Below are positions 45,790-58,380 of a stretch of 63,997 nt of DNA, piece by piece (the first letter of the stretch is position 1; each line of letters begins with the position of its first letter). Origin of the DNA: Octopus bimaculoides (taxonomy: Eukaryota); NCBI RefSeq assembly GCF_001194135.2, contig NC_068990.1, forward strand, positions 92,454,544 through 92,518,540, given 5' to 3'. Position numbers and translations under genes: made by a program. The notes below the pieces were generated by a model. It did no database searches and was not told the DNA's origin. It saw only the letters and a program-made list of their open reading frames with translations.

Positions 45790-46776
45790 ATGTCTATTTG
45801 TTTAAATGGAATGTCTAGGAATGATGTGATTGGTCTAATTTCTGGTTTCTCATTACAGGTTGTGTCATGGCTCAGTTTGGAACTGGAAACTATTGCTGAA
45901 CTTGAAGAACATGTGAATGCCATCACAAACAAAGATGATTTTGGTTCCTTTTTGTTGGAGGTCAGTGCCCTCCTGCGAGAACTGGACTGCCCTTATCAAA
46001 CACTCATATCAGGGCCAGTTGAAGAGAGATTAAACAACCGTGAATCCCGTTTGCAACTTCTTGATTATCTTACAACTGAACTGTCCACTTCTAGAATCAT
46101 CTACATCAACAAACCTACTCCTTTAATTGTGGGAGAGAAAAAAAGGAAACAAGACGACGAAACAGAAGTAGCATTCTTGCTGAAAACTGCCCTGACCGCA
46201 TTGGATCTCCACAACACCCCAACTGATGTCATGCCAGAAAAACTCTTTGCAGATATTGAAAGTACACTGAAGAATATCATAGAAAAATATCCGAACAGTG
46301 TTGAGAAATGTGCTCTGACTCACTCGCTTACTGCCGAACAATGGGCGAAACTTGAGGAAATAATTGCCAGTTTGAACTGTGAGTATGAAGTGAGACGAGA
46401 GATGTTGCTTAAAAGAATTGATGTCACGGTTCAATCGTTCATGTGGTCTAAGTCGTTAACTAACGAAATTCTCAAGGTCTATACCCCTAAACGAGGTAAG
46501 CTGCAATCAAGATGTCCCGTGTCCATCCCGAAGCTGTTGTCCAGTAGACAGAGCCTTTTAAACCACCAGAAAACCAGCAGTGGCAAGGCAAGGGAGGTAA
46601 CCAAGTGTGAAATTAATAAAGTGTTGATTGGCAGTGTACCTGATCGTGGAGGTCGGGCTTGGGAACATGATATCCCAAGAGAAATGCCTTCCTTCAAGAA
46701 GAGGGCTGAAGGAGGAGGAGGAAGAGGAGGTCGTCGGGGTGGGTTTGGGAAAGAAAAGAAATTCCGTAAACATTAA
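45790..46776 (+). CDS. FAM98: FAM98-family protein (tRNA-ligase/DDX1 complex component), intronless over the conserved region
   Basis: 328-aa ORF. WLSLEL...LEEHV...FLLEVSALLRELDCPY, RREMLLKRIDVTVQSFMWS and INKVLIGSVPDRGGR match FAM98 hallmarks as I recall them; C-terminal GGRGGRRGG. Residues 1-23 do not look homologous and a possible acceptor (cattacag) lies at 45858. Confidence 0.85.
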   Translation: MSICLNGMSRNDVIGLISGFSLQVVSWLSLELETIAELEEHVNAITNKDDFGSFLLEVSALLRELDCPYQTLISGPVEERLNNRESRLQLLDYLTTELSTSRIIYINKPTPLIVGEKKRKQDDETEVAFLLKTALTALDLHNTPTDVMPEKLFADIESTLKNIIEKYPNSVEKCALTHSLTAEQWAKLEEIIASLNCEYEVRREMLLKRIDVTVQSFMWSKSLTNEILKVYTPKRGKLQSRCPVSIPKLLSSRQSLLNHQKTSSGKAREVTKCEINKVLIGSVPDRGGRAWEHDIPREMPSFKKRAEGGGGRGGRRGGFGKEKKFRKH

Positions 46777-47621
46777 AATAATTTTTCACACTTGTTCAAT
46801 TTTGTTTGTCATTTTATTATTATTATTTTTTCTCAGATTCCCCGACAGTCAACTTTGCTTTCCATCCTTTCGGGTTTGATAAAATAAGTATCAATTGACC
46901 ACTGGAGTCGATCTAATCGATCTCTCCTTCCCCTGAAATTGCTGGCCTTGTGCCAAAACTCGAAAGCATTATTTTTATCATCATCATCATCATCACATGT
47001 CTCAGACTGATTGTATGTCGATATCTTTTGATCAGGAGTGACCATAGGTCCTGTTAACTTACTCATTCCAGTTACATTGACATTAATCTTCTCAAAACCC
47101 TAGCAATATTTTTACCAGGGGATCAAGTTAGAGAAAGGCTGTCCCTTTGACTTTGTACTTGCTATGCAGTAATTATTTGGCCATTTTCCAAATTGTTGAC
47201 CAGAAGGGTGTCTTCATGAATAGGAAAAATGAAAAAGTGCCAGAAAGCCCCTCGGCTGCTGAATTTGTCCTTGCTGGAATTGGTTAGCTTCATCTCAACT
47301 TTTTGTTGTATCAGAACAAAAATTGCAGAATCAGATTCTTTGATTACATATTTAATAAAGTGTTTTCAATTTCAGAACTCAAAATTGATTTATGCATTGA
47401 ATGTTTTGGTTACAAGTGGACAATACAGAACTATCTGTTGACAATTTCATGATGTCCAACTAAAGTGTGGGAGCCTTTATCTTCTAGCGCTATTCTTTTG
47501 TTAAGAGATTTTAGCATATTGACCTATTCTGGTCTCCTGGGCTTTAGTGTTTGGTGCATCTGCTGTCTTTCATGCAACAGAATTCCTGTTGAGGTCACCA
47601 CCAGGACAATGATCCATATGC

Positions 47622-47712
47622 TTTAACAATACTGAAGAGTTATATTATATTTTAACAATACTGAAGAGTTATTATATTATATTTTAACAATACTGAAGAG
47701 TTATTATATTAT
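47622..47712 (+). repeat. About 30-bp tandem repeat x3 (TTTAACAATACTGAAGAGTTATATTATAT)
   Basis: Directly visible. Confidence 0.8.
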
Positions 47713-48372
47713 AGTTCATTACATAATATCATATTTATGTGTGTGAGGGTTGGACCAAAAGTGGACATTTTATTTAACTGACATACGTTGTTCAAATTGC
47801 ATGTATTAGTAGAGTAACTCTTTATACAAAGTAGGACTCGACAAACTATAATTTGCATCATTGTTCAACCCACTTCAATCCTCTGTTGTTGCAGCCACTT
47901 CTTCACAAGCACTTCCACATCACCATGTGTCATCAGATTTTCCCTGAAGGCTATTTTTCATTGGACTGAACTGGAAGAAGTCAGAGGACACATGATCTGA
48001 AATCTTTGGTTTCCAGTCTTTCATGAAAAACATCGCAGGCTATAGTGAGTCTCCCTCAAAAACTCCACCAGACCCACATAAACATGGGAAAGGTCATTAA
48101 AACAATGACATTGATCACTGATGTTACTAAATACTATTTAAAAATACAAAACAATTCTAAATTTCTGCAAAGTGGTCTCTAGTTTGTTTCTGTCTCATAA
48201 CTTTGCTGATCAACAACTAAAGTTTGATTGAATAACTGTAAAATGAAATTAAACAGAGGGTTGATATGGTCAACTAAGACTTCTGTAAGTGGTACCCCAG
48301 CATGGCTGCAGCTCAAAGACTGAAGACAGCAAAAGACAAAGACAAAGTCATACACACAAGTGTGATTATATA

Positions 48373-49590
48373 TTAGGGGGTTTGGAAATTAATTGTGTTT
48401 TTCCACCGTTCTGAAATATGAATCAACCAATCACGTCAGAGCCAAGGTCAAATGGGCAGGAAATGTCTAGAAATGGTATGTCATCTCTTCTGTCTGCTTG
48501 TGTGTCATTCATAGTTATTTTGGTAATTAGCCCCATGGAAGATAAGAACTTTATGAAACAACATATTCTCCATTGCTTACTTTATGAGTTTCGAAAGAAA
48601 AGTACTGCTACAGAAGCAATGAAAAACATTTGTGAATTGTAGCTGGATGCAGTGAAAGCTCATACATGTCAGCTGTGGTTGAAAAGGTTTAAAGATGGCA
48701 ACTGTGACATATCTGACAAACCTCGCTATAGACTCTGAATGAAACTATTGTATCAGATCCATGTCAAAGCATCAGAGATTTAGTGCAAAAATTTAATGCC
48801 ATGTTCAACTATTGGGCAAACATGCAAAGAGGGAATTTGGGTTCCACATGAGCTTATGCTTGAGAACCTAAACAGAATGTTCTACCCTCTGCAGCAGTCT
48901 TCTAACCAGGAATAACAACCTGTCATTTTTGCAGCACAATATTACAGGTGATGAAAAATGGGCTTTGCATCACAACAGAAAACTAAAAAGACAATGGTTA
49001 TCACATAATGAGAAGCCAGTGCCAACACCAAAACCAGAAACCCATCCTTACTTTGTGTTTGGTGGAACATGAAAGGTATATGAGTTACTGGAACATGGAA
49101 AGACCATCAATGCAGATGTCTATTGCCAACAAGTTGATCGTGTAAATGAAAAATTATGTTGAAAGTGGTCAGCTTTGGTAAACAGAAAAGGTGTTCTTCT
49201 CCAGCATGACACAACCACACTCTTCAAATCACCCCCCCCCAAACAAAAATAAGATTGTTAGGATGGGAAGTTCTTCCACTTCCTCCATACTCATCTGACT
49301 TAGCATCTATGGATTTCCATCTGTTTAGATTCCCAGAACATTTTATGAGAGGCAAAACATTCTGAAACAGAGAAGAAGTTGAAAACAGTCAAACAGACCT
49401 TTTTTTTTTTTTTTCAGGAAAAGAAATAAGTTTCTTTGAATGTGGCATCAAAAAATTACTTTCCTGCTGGACTGCAGTCATTGAAAATGGTGGTGATTAC
49501 ATTCTCGATTAAAACTATTCAGATAAACATAGTTTACATTAGTTTTTATATCATTTCTGGTAAAATGCAATTAGTTCCCAAACACCCTGA
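48373..49590 (+). mobile_element. Near full-length defective mariner (Mos1-like DD34D), 1,218 bp
   Basis: About 29-bp imperfect TIRs with TA flanks; motifs WVPHEL, ITGDEKW, LLQHD, YSSDLASMDFHLF; stops and frameshifts. Confidence 0.85.
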
Positions 49591-49591
49591 T

Positions 49592-51382
49592 ATATCAGAG
49601 AAAAATGGGAAGAGAGATCAACAATCATATGATAAAAGCTTGAGAAGAATTACAAGAAATGCTCATTCTTAACAAACAAAAACATTACTGGTTAATAAAT
49701 AAAAATGTTGATTGAGAAAAAGGAATTTGAGGAAGGCTTCCAGAATCTACCATTCCAGGTAATGAAGAAATATTGCCATTGATGGCTGGGAAAAAAATAT
49801 AGAGCTAGATAACCGGTACACGCCTCACCTGATCACACTTCTACCCCACCCCACCCCGTCTTTCTCCCCCTACCTTTTCTTCCCCAATAGTACATCCTCA
49901 CAATAATAAATGTGTTCTTCTCATAATAGTTTTCCCTTTCATCACCCTGCCTAAAAATCATCACCTTCTCACTTCAGTTCTTTGTTTGATGTAAAAGATC
50001 TTTAGTCTTGCNNNNNNNNNNNNNNNNNNNNNNNNNNNNNNNNNNNNNNNNNNNNNNNNNNNNNNNNNNNNNNNNNNNNNNNNNNNNNNNNNNNNNNNNN
50101 NNNNNNNNNNNNNNNNNNNNNNNNNNNNNNNNNNNNNNNNNNNNNNNNNNNNNNNNNNNNNNNNNNNNNNNNNNNNNNNNNNNNNNNNNNNNNNNNNNNN
50201 NNNNNNNNNNNNNNNNNNNNNNNNNNNNNNNNNNNNNNNNNNNNNNNNNNNNNNNNNNNNNNNNNNNNNNNNNNNNNNNNNNNNNNNNNNNNNNNNNNNN
50301 NNNNNNNNNNNNNNNNNNNNNNNNNNNNNNNNNNNNNATATATATGCTAGCATGGAAAGCGGACGTTAAACGATATATATGTATGTATGTACGTACGTAT
50401 ACATAAATGCACTTGCAGCCATAGAAATCCGACTTGAGGGAAAACACAGGGTCTCAATTATCTCCCTTCAGCTACAAATGTACCCCCAAAGTCTAACGTA
50501 TTGCCTGCCTCGCACTGATATTTCTGTCTATCTGTCGAGCTAGCTATTTATATATTTATACACATGTACGCACGCACGCACGCACACACACACACACACA
50601 CACACATACACACACAGATACCTATCTATCTATCTATCTATCTATTTATCTATATGCGTGTGTGTATGTGTAGCCGTGAGTTAGTGTATGTGTGTGTGTG
50701 TGGCTGTTTCACTATTCATTTAGACAGGAAAACAGTAAAGGGAGGGGCGGAAGAACAATAGAGAGAGTTGTATTACGCTTAACCCATGTCCGACCTGAGT
50801 GAACCTATGTATCATGAAAGGTATTTGGACCATGACCATCCCGCAATAATTTCTTCACGGCATACTCGGTGTGCCGCAGATTACATTATCAAGTGTGTAC
50901 TTCCATTTTGAAGACAGTAGATCGTAATTCGAGGAAGACCGTGAATGGTGAATTTTCAGTTCTGATGAGTAAAATGATTAAATAAATCAGTAACTGAATA
51001 ATTAATTTATTTTTTATATTTATTTTTATAATATCGCAATATCTTCGGTTTGTAAGGGTGACGAGAGGGGTTCACGGGGTGTTCATTCTGTTTAAAGACG
51101 TGAGAGCTCGAACCGGGAATCGAAACCGTGCCGGGGGAGTTAGCATATCGGAGAAAAACGGGAAGAGAAATCAACAATTGCAACGTAAGGATAAAGAGAG
51201 AATAAGGGAGAAGCTTGAGAGGAATTACAAGAAATGCTGGTTCTTAACAAACAAAAATATTATTGGTTAATAAATAAAAATGTTGATAGAGAGAAAGGTG
51301 GAATTTTGAGGAAGATTTCCAGAATCTACCATTCCAGGTAATGAAGAGATATTTCCATTGATGGCTGGGGAAAAAAATATAA
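49592..51382 (+). repeat. Diverged about 210-bp direct repeat pair (49592-49800 and 51146-51382)
   Basis: Shared blocks GAATTACAAGAAATGCT, TTCTTAACAAACAAAAA, TGGTTAATAAATAAAAATGTTGAT, TTCCAGAATCTACCATTCCAGGTAATGAAGA, CCATTGATGGCTGGG. Confidence 0.75.
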
Positions 51383-52011
51383 CTTATGTGAAAGAGGAGG
51401 AATCGTTGGCGAAATATCAGAGATTTTTGGAATCGCTTCAGACTTAATTTGGTATAAATTCTTGTCAGCCAGAATAAAGCATTGGAAAAAGGTGAACCGA
51501 AGAAAATCTGTCATGAGATTGATCATTGAATTAAAAAGATGTGGCGGCATCAGTAAATAAAGCAACAAAAACGACGGAGCCTCTACGTGGTGGTGGTGCA
51601 AACTGCTAAAAATAGCAGCTAAAATTTCTTTCCGATCACAAATGATGAAATGGTCACGATTGTTATGTCTTTGACCATAAATATGTTCAATCAGAATTAG
51701 GTTTGGACAAAACAAAACGACTGCAGAATCTTTATTAGTGTGACGAAGTTCCATTATAAAACCAAATGGTTCCGGTATCGATAGACGTTGAGTGTCTGTT
51801 AATTATATTTTGGCCATTTAAGCGGAGAGGGTGGAAATGGTAAAATGCGTTGTTGTGACGTAAATGGCTTTCCCATACAAATTAGAGGCGTAAATGCAGT
51901 AGAATTTTGTCACCTGTGACCCGAAAGTTCATATTTATCAGTTAAATAACAATCAACAGTTGCAACCAGGAATACATACATACATACAAACATACATACA
52001 TGCAATATATC

Positions 52012-52043
<32 letters not shown>

Positions 52044-53930
52044 AGCTAGCGCTCAGGCACACACACACACCCATAGACATAAATGCATGTGTGTGTGTGT
52101 GTATACACATGTACATATATACAAGCGCGCGCACACACACACACGTACACACACAAGCACGCACACATACACGCACATGTCGTTTTAAGACATTCTCTCA
52201 CACCGCTTCTTGATACAATGGAAACGTATATAAGAATGATATCTTATTCAGAGAAGAAGAAATAAAAATATGTGGTGCTTTTCGTCCCTCTGCTCACATG
52301 CCATGACAACATGAAATATCAAACGATATTTTCATCAAGTCGGTCCAGTTCGGGTTTTTTTTTAATTTCGTTGATGACTTGTTATAATGAGGTGGTAGTG
52401 GATGAGGACAGCAATTTTATCCCCACGGCAATGCGACATCTCGATATTTCTACATTATAATCAGCAGAATTGAAGGAGGCCAGCGGTGGTCAGTAAATAA
52501 ACAGAACAAAAAATAAAAGAAGATAGTTAACAAGATGCGACATCATAGGAAGGTGGTTGTTATACGGGAAGGAAATGTTTAACTTTTATGACGGAGATAT
52601 TCGGAATTTTTTTTACTTTCACTATCACAATGTATTTTGAGTCAAAGAAGGATGGAAGACAAAACTGGGTTTAATAATATTGCTATTTCGAAGAATACGC
52701 GAACCCAGTATATTTAACTACTTGACCATGCAATGAAGGAGACTTGTACGTAGGTTTTGGACGTGCTAGAAATTAAAGCCAAATCTCCCTCAAATAAATG
52801 CCTACTTTTTTAAAAATTGAACACATTGCACAACATCGTTCTGTATAAGGACCGTTTTTTAAAAAAACAAAATGAAATACAAAAATTCAAAAAAAAGAAA
52901 AAAAAGCGGAACGGGCACGGTTGGAACATCTTTGATCATAAATCTGCTCAATCAGGGTAGGTGGCCTGGGGCTACATGACGAGGACAACAACAACAACAA
53001 CTACTACTACTACTACTACAGTCTATTGACGGGAGAATAAAACGAAGATATCTTTTATTTGGTATTTATATTCGCCTTTATTAAACTTTCCTCCTGTGTA
53101 AAGGTTAGTGACAAATTAAGAAATTTCTATCACATGACATATCTTGCGAAGCTACAGGTCTGCAAGACGGAGGCGACAGCAACACTCATAGACTTTTCAT
53201 AGACCCTTTAAACTCGAAGCCAAGTCAGTTTATGTTCCATTTGACCTGTTGCAGGGGACTGAGTTGGAAGACATGGCTGGGGGTTGAACAGTTAGGTGGA
53301 TAGTAATTCTGAAGGAGAAGGATTTAGTTAAAAACAAAGGATTAGAATAGAATCTAAGAAATTGGTAAGCTACTATTGGAATGTTGGGGATGAGGTGTGT
53401 AGGATTGAGAAATGATAATATTTAACTAAACCCTGAGTCATCAATACATATGAATGATGTGTATTCTGTGACCCTCACTCATAGATGTGTCCAGGAATGG
53501 CTGACAACTTTTTAAAAATATCTTTTTTGTCAGTGTCTGCACCCCTGGAGTTTCTCAGCTTCCCATTCTGGAATTCTGTCCTGCCCACCTGGGATCTTAG
53601 CCTGCTAATGAATGTGTAGCCTTTTGTGCAAGCAACACAGACTGTGTTTATTAAAATTCTCTTGGTATACATTATCATCACAATTCTTTTAACGCCCACT
53701 TTTTCATGCATGCATGGGTCAGATGGAATTTGTTTAGGCAGATTTTCAATAACTGGGTGCTGTTCCTGTTGCTAACCCTCACCTGTTTCCAATATGTTAA
53801 TATTTCTATCTTGGCCAGACATGTTTTTGCAGAATATTGGAAATGAATGATTTTGCTTGTAAAACAGCAATACTCATTTACAACTATCACATGATGTCAA
53901 AACAAGCAGACACAAACACACACACATATA

Positions 53931-53977
<47 letters not shown>

Positions 53978-54089
53978 TCAAATTCCTTAGAGGCAGATAA
54001 CTGGAGGTAGCAGATAACTTCTATTACCTAGGCAACCATATTAGCAGAGGAGAAGGATGCTCTGAAAGTGTAATTGCTAGAATAAGAAT

Positions 54090-54530
54090 AGGATGGAGGA
54101 AGTTCAGAGAACTGTTACCTCTGTTGGCAGCAAAAGGTCTCCCTGAGTGAAAGGCTAACCGTATGATGCTTGTGAATGTGCAGCAATGCTACATAATAGT
54201 GAAATGTGGGCCCTGCATGCAGAAGACATGCACAGACTAGAGAGGAATGAAGCTAGTGTGCTCCATTGAATGTGCAGTGTGCATGTACAACAAGGTGCTA
54301 ATGCATTGAGAGAATAGTTAGGCATAAGAGGAATCAGATGTGTGCAAGAGAGAAGACCATATTGGTTTGATTATGTGAGGACAGATGCATAAAGAAGTAC
54401 CAATTGCTTAAAGTGGATGGAACTCATGGAAGAGGAAGACCCATGAAGACATGAGACTAAGTATTGAAGGCTGGTCTCAAGATGCTGAGCCTCACAGAGG
54501 AGATGACATTTTGCTGTACTTGAGAAGACC
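54090..54530 (+). mobile_element. RTE-type LINE ORF2 C-terminal fragment
   Basis: EMWALHAEDMHRLERNEASVL...GTHGRGRPMKT; degenerate. Confidence 0.65.
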
Positions 54531-54599
54531 CATCCATTACAGTAAAAGATGGTATCCCAGAAGCACTTGGTTATGCTTGTACATGCAGGACCAAAAAGT

Positions 54600-55263
54600 A
54601 ATAATCCAAGAGAAATATTTTCCTACATTCCTAATGTGCATAAGCAGTGGTTAATCAGAAGCCAGCGTCCAGAAAGTGTCACTAAACATAGGTGTTTCAA
54701 ACAGAAAGTAATGCTCTGCATCTGGTGGAGTTATGAGGGGATAATTCACTACAAGTTCATTCCAAACAGTCGAACCATTGATGTCAACCTGTACTCTAAA
54801 CAGCTGGAGCAGATGCATGCCATTGTACAGCAAAAACACCTGGAATTGGCTAACTGAAAGTGAGCTCTTCTGCAGCAGGACAATGCAAGACCTCATACTG
54901 CTCAAAAAACCTGGAATAAACTCCAGGAACTTGAGGGAATTGAACTGATGCCATTCCCAGCATATAGTATGGACCTGGCTCCTTCAGATTATTACTTGTT
55001 CTAATCTATGGCTCATTTCCTGCACTCATGACACTTCATCAACCAAGAGGTGGTGGAAGCTTCTGTGAAGAAGTTCTTTGTCTTGAAGGACAAGAACTGG
55101 AATCAATCAAGGATCAAAGAACTGTCAGAGAGGTGGTTTCAGATGGTGCAAAAATGATGGCAGCTTTTTTGAACATTAGGTTGATTTTGTTGTAATTTAA
55201 AGAATAAAGCAAATAAGTTACCAAAATATTGCAAAATAAGACAAAATTCATGCAAATCAACAT
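54600..55263 (+). mobile_element. 3' half of a third mariner transposon (defective)
   Basis: KVMLCIWW, LLQQDNARPHTA, YSMDLAPSDYYLF with in-frame stops. Confidence 0.8.
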
Positions 55264-55294
55264 ATCTAATTATTATGTTTCAATTAATCCTATT

Positions 55295-56060
55295 CTCTTA
55301 AGACACTCATGTTTGCTATGGAAAACTCAGGACTTACTAGAGTAGAAGTGGCTAGAAAATCAATTGTAAAATTTGAGGGAAAGTACAGGGTGAGAAAGGA
55401 TAGACTGGTGATGTTCAATATAACTATGGGATCAACAGACTCTTCACAGGTAACAAACTTAGTAGGGACATACATTTTATTTTGCCTGTATAAGGAACTC
55501 CCTGAAATAGGAGGGGGTCTATACAGGGATGATACACTTTTCACCCTGTTTAACCTCTCAAACCAGGACAGAAAAATATAGGAAAATATTTTTTAGGTTT
55601 TTTTAAAAACATAAGACTTTCAATATCAGTAGAAGAGGAGAACAACTCAGCTAACTTACTTGATGTTAATTTAGATCTAAGTAGAGGCATATACAAGCCA
55701 TATCATAAACCTAATATGAACTTTAGATACATTCATAAAAATAGCAATCATCCAAAAAGTATAACCCAATCTATAGTAGAAAATATTTCAATCCTCATGA
55801 CTAATCTGTCAGTGAATGAGGAAGTATTTAAACTAAATGAGAACTTTTATAATTTCACATTAGAGAAGGCAGGATATAGAGAAAAATTAAAATTCTTTAA
55901 TGGTAGTAATTGTAGAAATGATATAAGTAGTGGGATGGGCCATACTGACAATAATCATGATAGTATGCATAACATTAAGAACACCCCTAACCAAAAAACA
56001 ATGGACAATAGGAAGAGTTAGAGACAGGAAATCTGTGCAATTAGAATATAACAATAGAGT
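55295..56060 (+). mobile_element. Penelope-like element reverse transcriptase remnant
   Basis: FNITMGSTDSSQVTNLVGTYIL, GLYRDD, LLDVNLDLSRGIYKPYHKPN, YIHKNSNHP, YNFTLEKAGY: PLE RT motif order; stops and frameshift. Confidence 0.75.
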
Positions 56061-57499
56061 ACCTAGAAACAAAAAGAAGAGTACAAATTTGCTTGAAGTA
56101 CAAAGTGGCTTAGCTATAAATGGACCTGCTCCAGCGGGGCTGGAGAGAATAAAGTTGAAGCTCTTCTAGTCGACTCCGATGGTCAAGGTCTGTCATGACA
56201 ACAGCAAAGGCATCCTGCCATAGAAAATTCATCTTGATAAATATCATCCAACCCAGGTGAGCATGGAGAAGTGGATGTTAAAACACATGCATACACATTG
56301 GAAAGGCTTCTTTCAGTTTCCTTCTACCAAATCCACTCGTAGTGTACAAATGTGATTATCATCTACAAAAACAAGAGAGAGAGAGAGAGAAGCACACTGT
56401 GTATCGTTTTCGTTGTCTAATAGAATATAACAAATTACAATTGCTAAGATGCACAACCAATAATTTTGTGTAATAAGTATATAAGTGTGTGTGTGTGTGT
56501 GTATGTAAGTGTTTGTTTGTGCCTGTGTGTGTGTATGTGTGTGTTTGTGAGTGTGTGTGTGTGACTCTGTGTGTGCACGTATGTGTGTGTGTGTGTGTGT
56601 GTGTGCACTTCAAAACGTATGTTTGTGTGTGTGTGCATGCACACTTCAATGTGTGTATATATGTGTGTATATACATTGTACACTTCAATAGCTAAGTATG
56701 TTCACACTTAACTATGTTAGTGACTTCTTAATATCTCTATTGCTATTTCCTTTACCGTTTGTCAACAATATGAAATAAAGTGAAGTGTTATCCATTTGGA
56801 TGCCCACCCCTCATCCCACCTAAGACTCCCAATGTAACAATACCAATCCATCTCAGACCGCTGCTCATTGGGTTCATAGGCTGTTAAAACTGCCCTGCAT
56901 TCCGTGTCTGGACATTGGTACCTTGTGGTGTTATATCAGATAGGTGTTGTTTTGTGTAGCAAGGACCTGGTAATTGACTAAGACCATTGTGAAGGATTGT
57001 CTTGCCTCTTCTTTGACCGAGAAGGGCAGCTAGTTTTCCTCTGTCTGGTGGCTATAACAAAAGAGCTTGTGCAGTGGTCAAGGCAGAAAGGACTGGAGAC
57101 CGAAACTTTCCTTTTCGGTCAAAAATTCATTGACTTTTTTAAAGTTTTGTTTGAAGAGGAAGCTGAGGATGGAGAAGGAAGTCCCCCAGGAAATTTCACT
57201 CACGTAAAAGCACTCACTACACTCTCGGAGTGGTTGGCGTTAGGAAGGGCATTCAACTGTAGAAACTCTGCCAAATCAGATTGGAGCCTGGTGTCACCTC
57301 CTGGTCCACCAGTCCTCAGTCAAATCGTTCAACCCATGCTAGCATGGAAAGCAGACATTAAGCAACAACGACGATGACATTGGGGAAGAGAATGAAATGA
57401 TGTGAGAGAATGGCTTTAGACTCAGCAGTTGGGAGAGGGTTCTTGCCCTTGGTAATCAGAACAATCCTGTGTCTGTACCTTTTCTTGATTGGCATTAGT

Positions 57500-58380
57500 T
57501 AAAGATTCTCCTGGTCAAGAGGACCTAGGGGATGGTCAAGAATGAGATGGTTTGATAACATCCATAATTTTAGTTGGTCATGCTTGGGGATGCAGAAGGA
57601 AAGTATAATGACAGTTGCTTCTGACAGGACCCTATGGAGGAGGAGCCTGAGGACTCTACTGCCATGACCCTTTAGGAATAGTCAGCGATGAAAACTTTAG
57701 AGATGTTTATTCAAGGATTTTGCAATCTTTATTTGGCATCTCGTAAGACTTTTCCTCACCATAGAGATCTTGTTCTTGTGTGTGTTGGCCTTGTGTTCTG
57801 GGACAAATTTGTCACATCTAGCTTGAATTACAGGCATGTTTAAGTTTCATGTCATTGTCTGAGGTGGAGAGAGATTTAGGCCAACCCTGTTTGAGGATCT
57901 CTTTCTAAATTGATTTCCAGCTTGTTTTATGCAAGTTCACACTGGAAAGATTTCAAGTGCTTCACAGAGGCTGTATGTCTGCAGCTCTATTATATTGTAA
58001 TCTGAGACTAATGTTGGTGTCACTTTCACATTATGGATGATATCCATACTGTTTGTGAAGCAGAGATCCAGTATATCATTTACCCTGGTTAGTTGGAGCA
58101 CAATTTGCTCTACAATTGAAGCAGTGGTAAAGTTGAACAGGGACTCCACCTGTGCTTGTTTGCAGTGTGTCATTCTGAGGATTCTTGTAGAATACAGAAT
58201 GGCACTTTCCTGCAGGTCAATAATGCAAGTCACAATTCCAATATTTTTCAGGCTCTTAGGCAGCATTTTGGATGTTGTGCCAAGTGCAACAATTACCACT
58301 GGAATAATTGCTGTCTCAGTCTTCCACAGTCTCCTATTTCCTCATCCTTCACCCTGATGGCAGATCAGGGAGAAGGATGA
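57500..58380 (-). mobile_element. Adjacent LINE remnants: RLE-clade 3' end (about 58380-58170) abutting an APE endonuclease/ORF2 linker fragment (about 58160-57500)
   Basis: IVALGTTSK...LQESAILYSTRILR followed by EQIVLQLTRVNDILDLCFTN...SDYNIIEL, then CDKFVP. Confidence 0.6.

Noticed and set aside
51326-51754. 142-aa minus-strand ORF
   Set aside because: No motif; includes a SINE-like fragment; consistent with a chance ORF.
53475-53890. Two minus-strand ORFs, possibly a LINE ORF2 linker
   Set aside because: Similarity too weak to assign by eye.
56997-57377. 126-aa ORF
   Set aside because: The second half is SINE family C; the first half has no recognisable motif or splice context.
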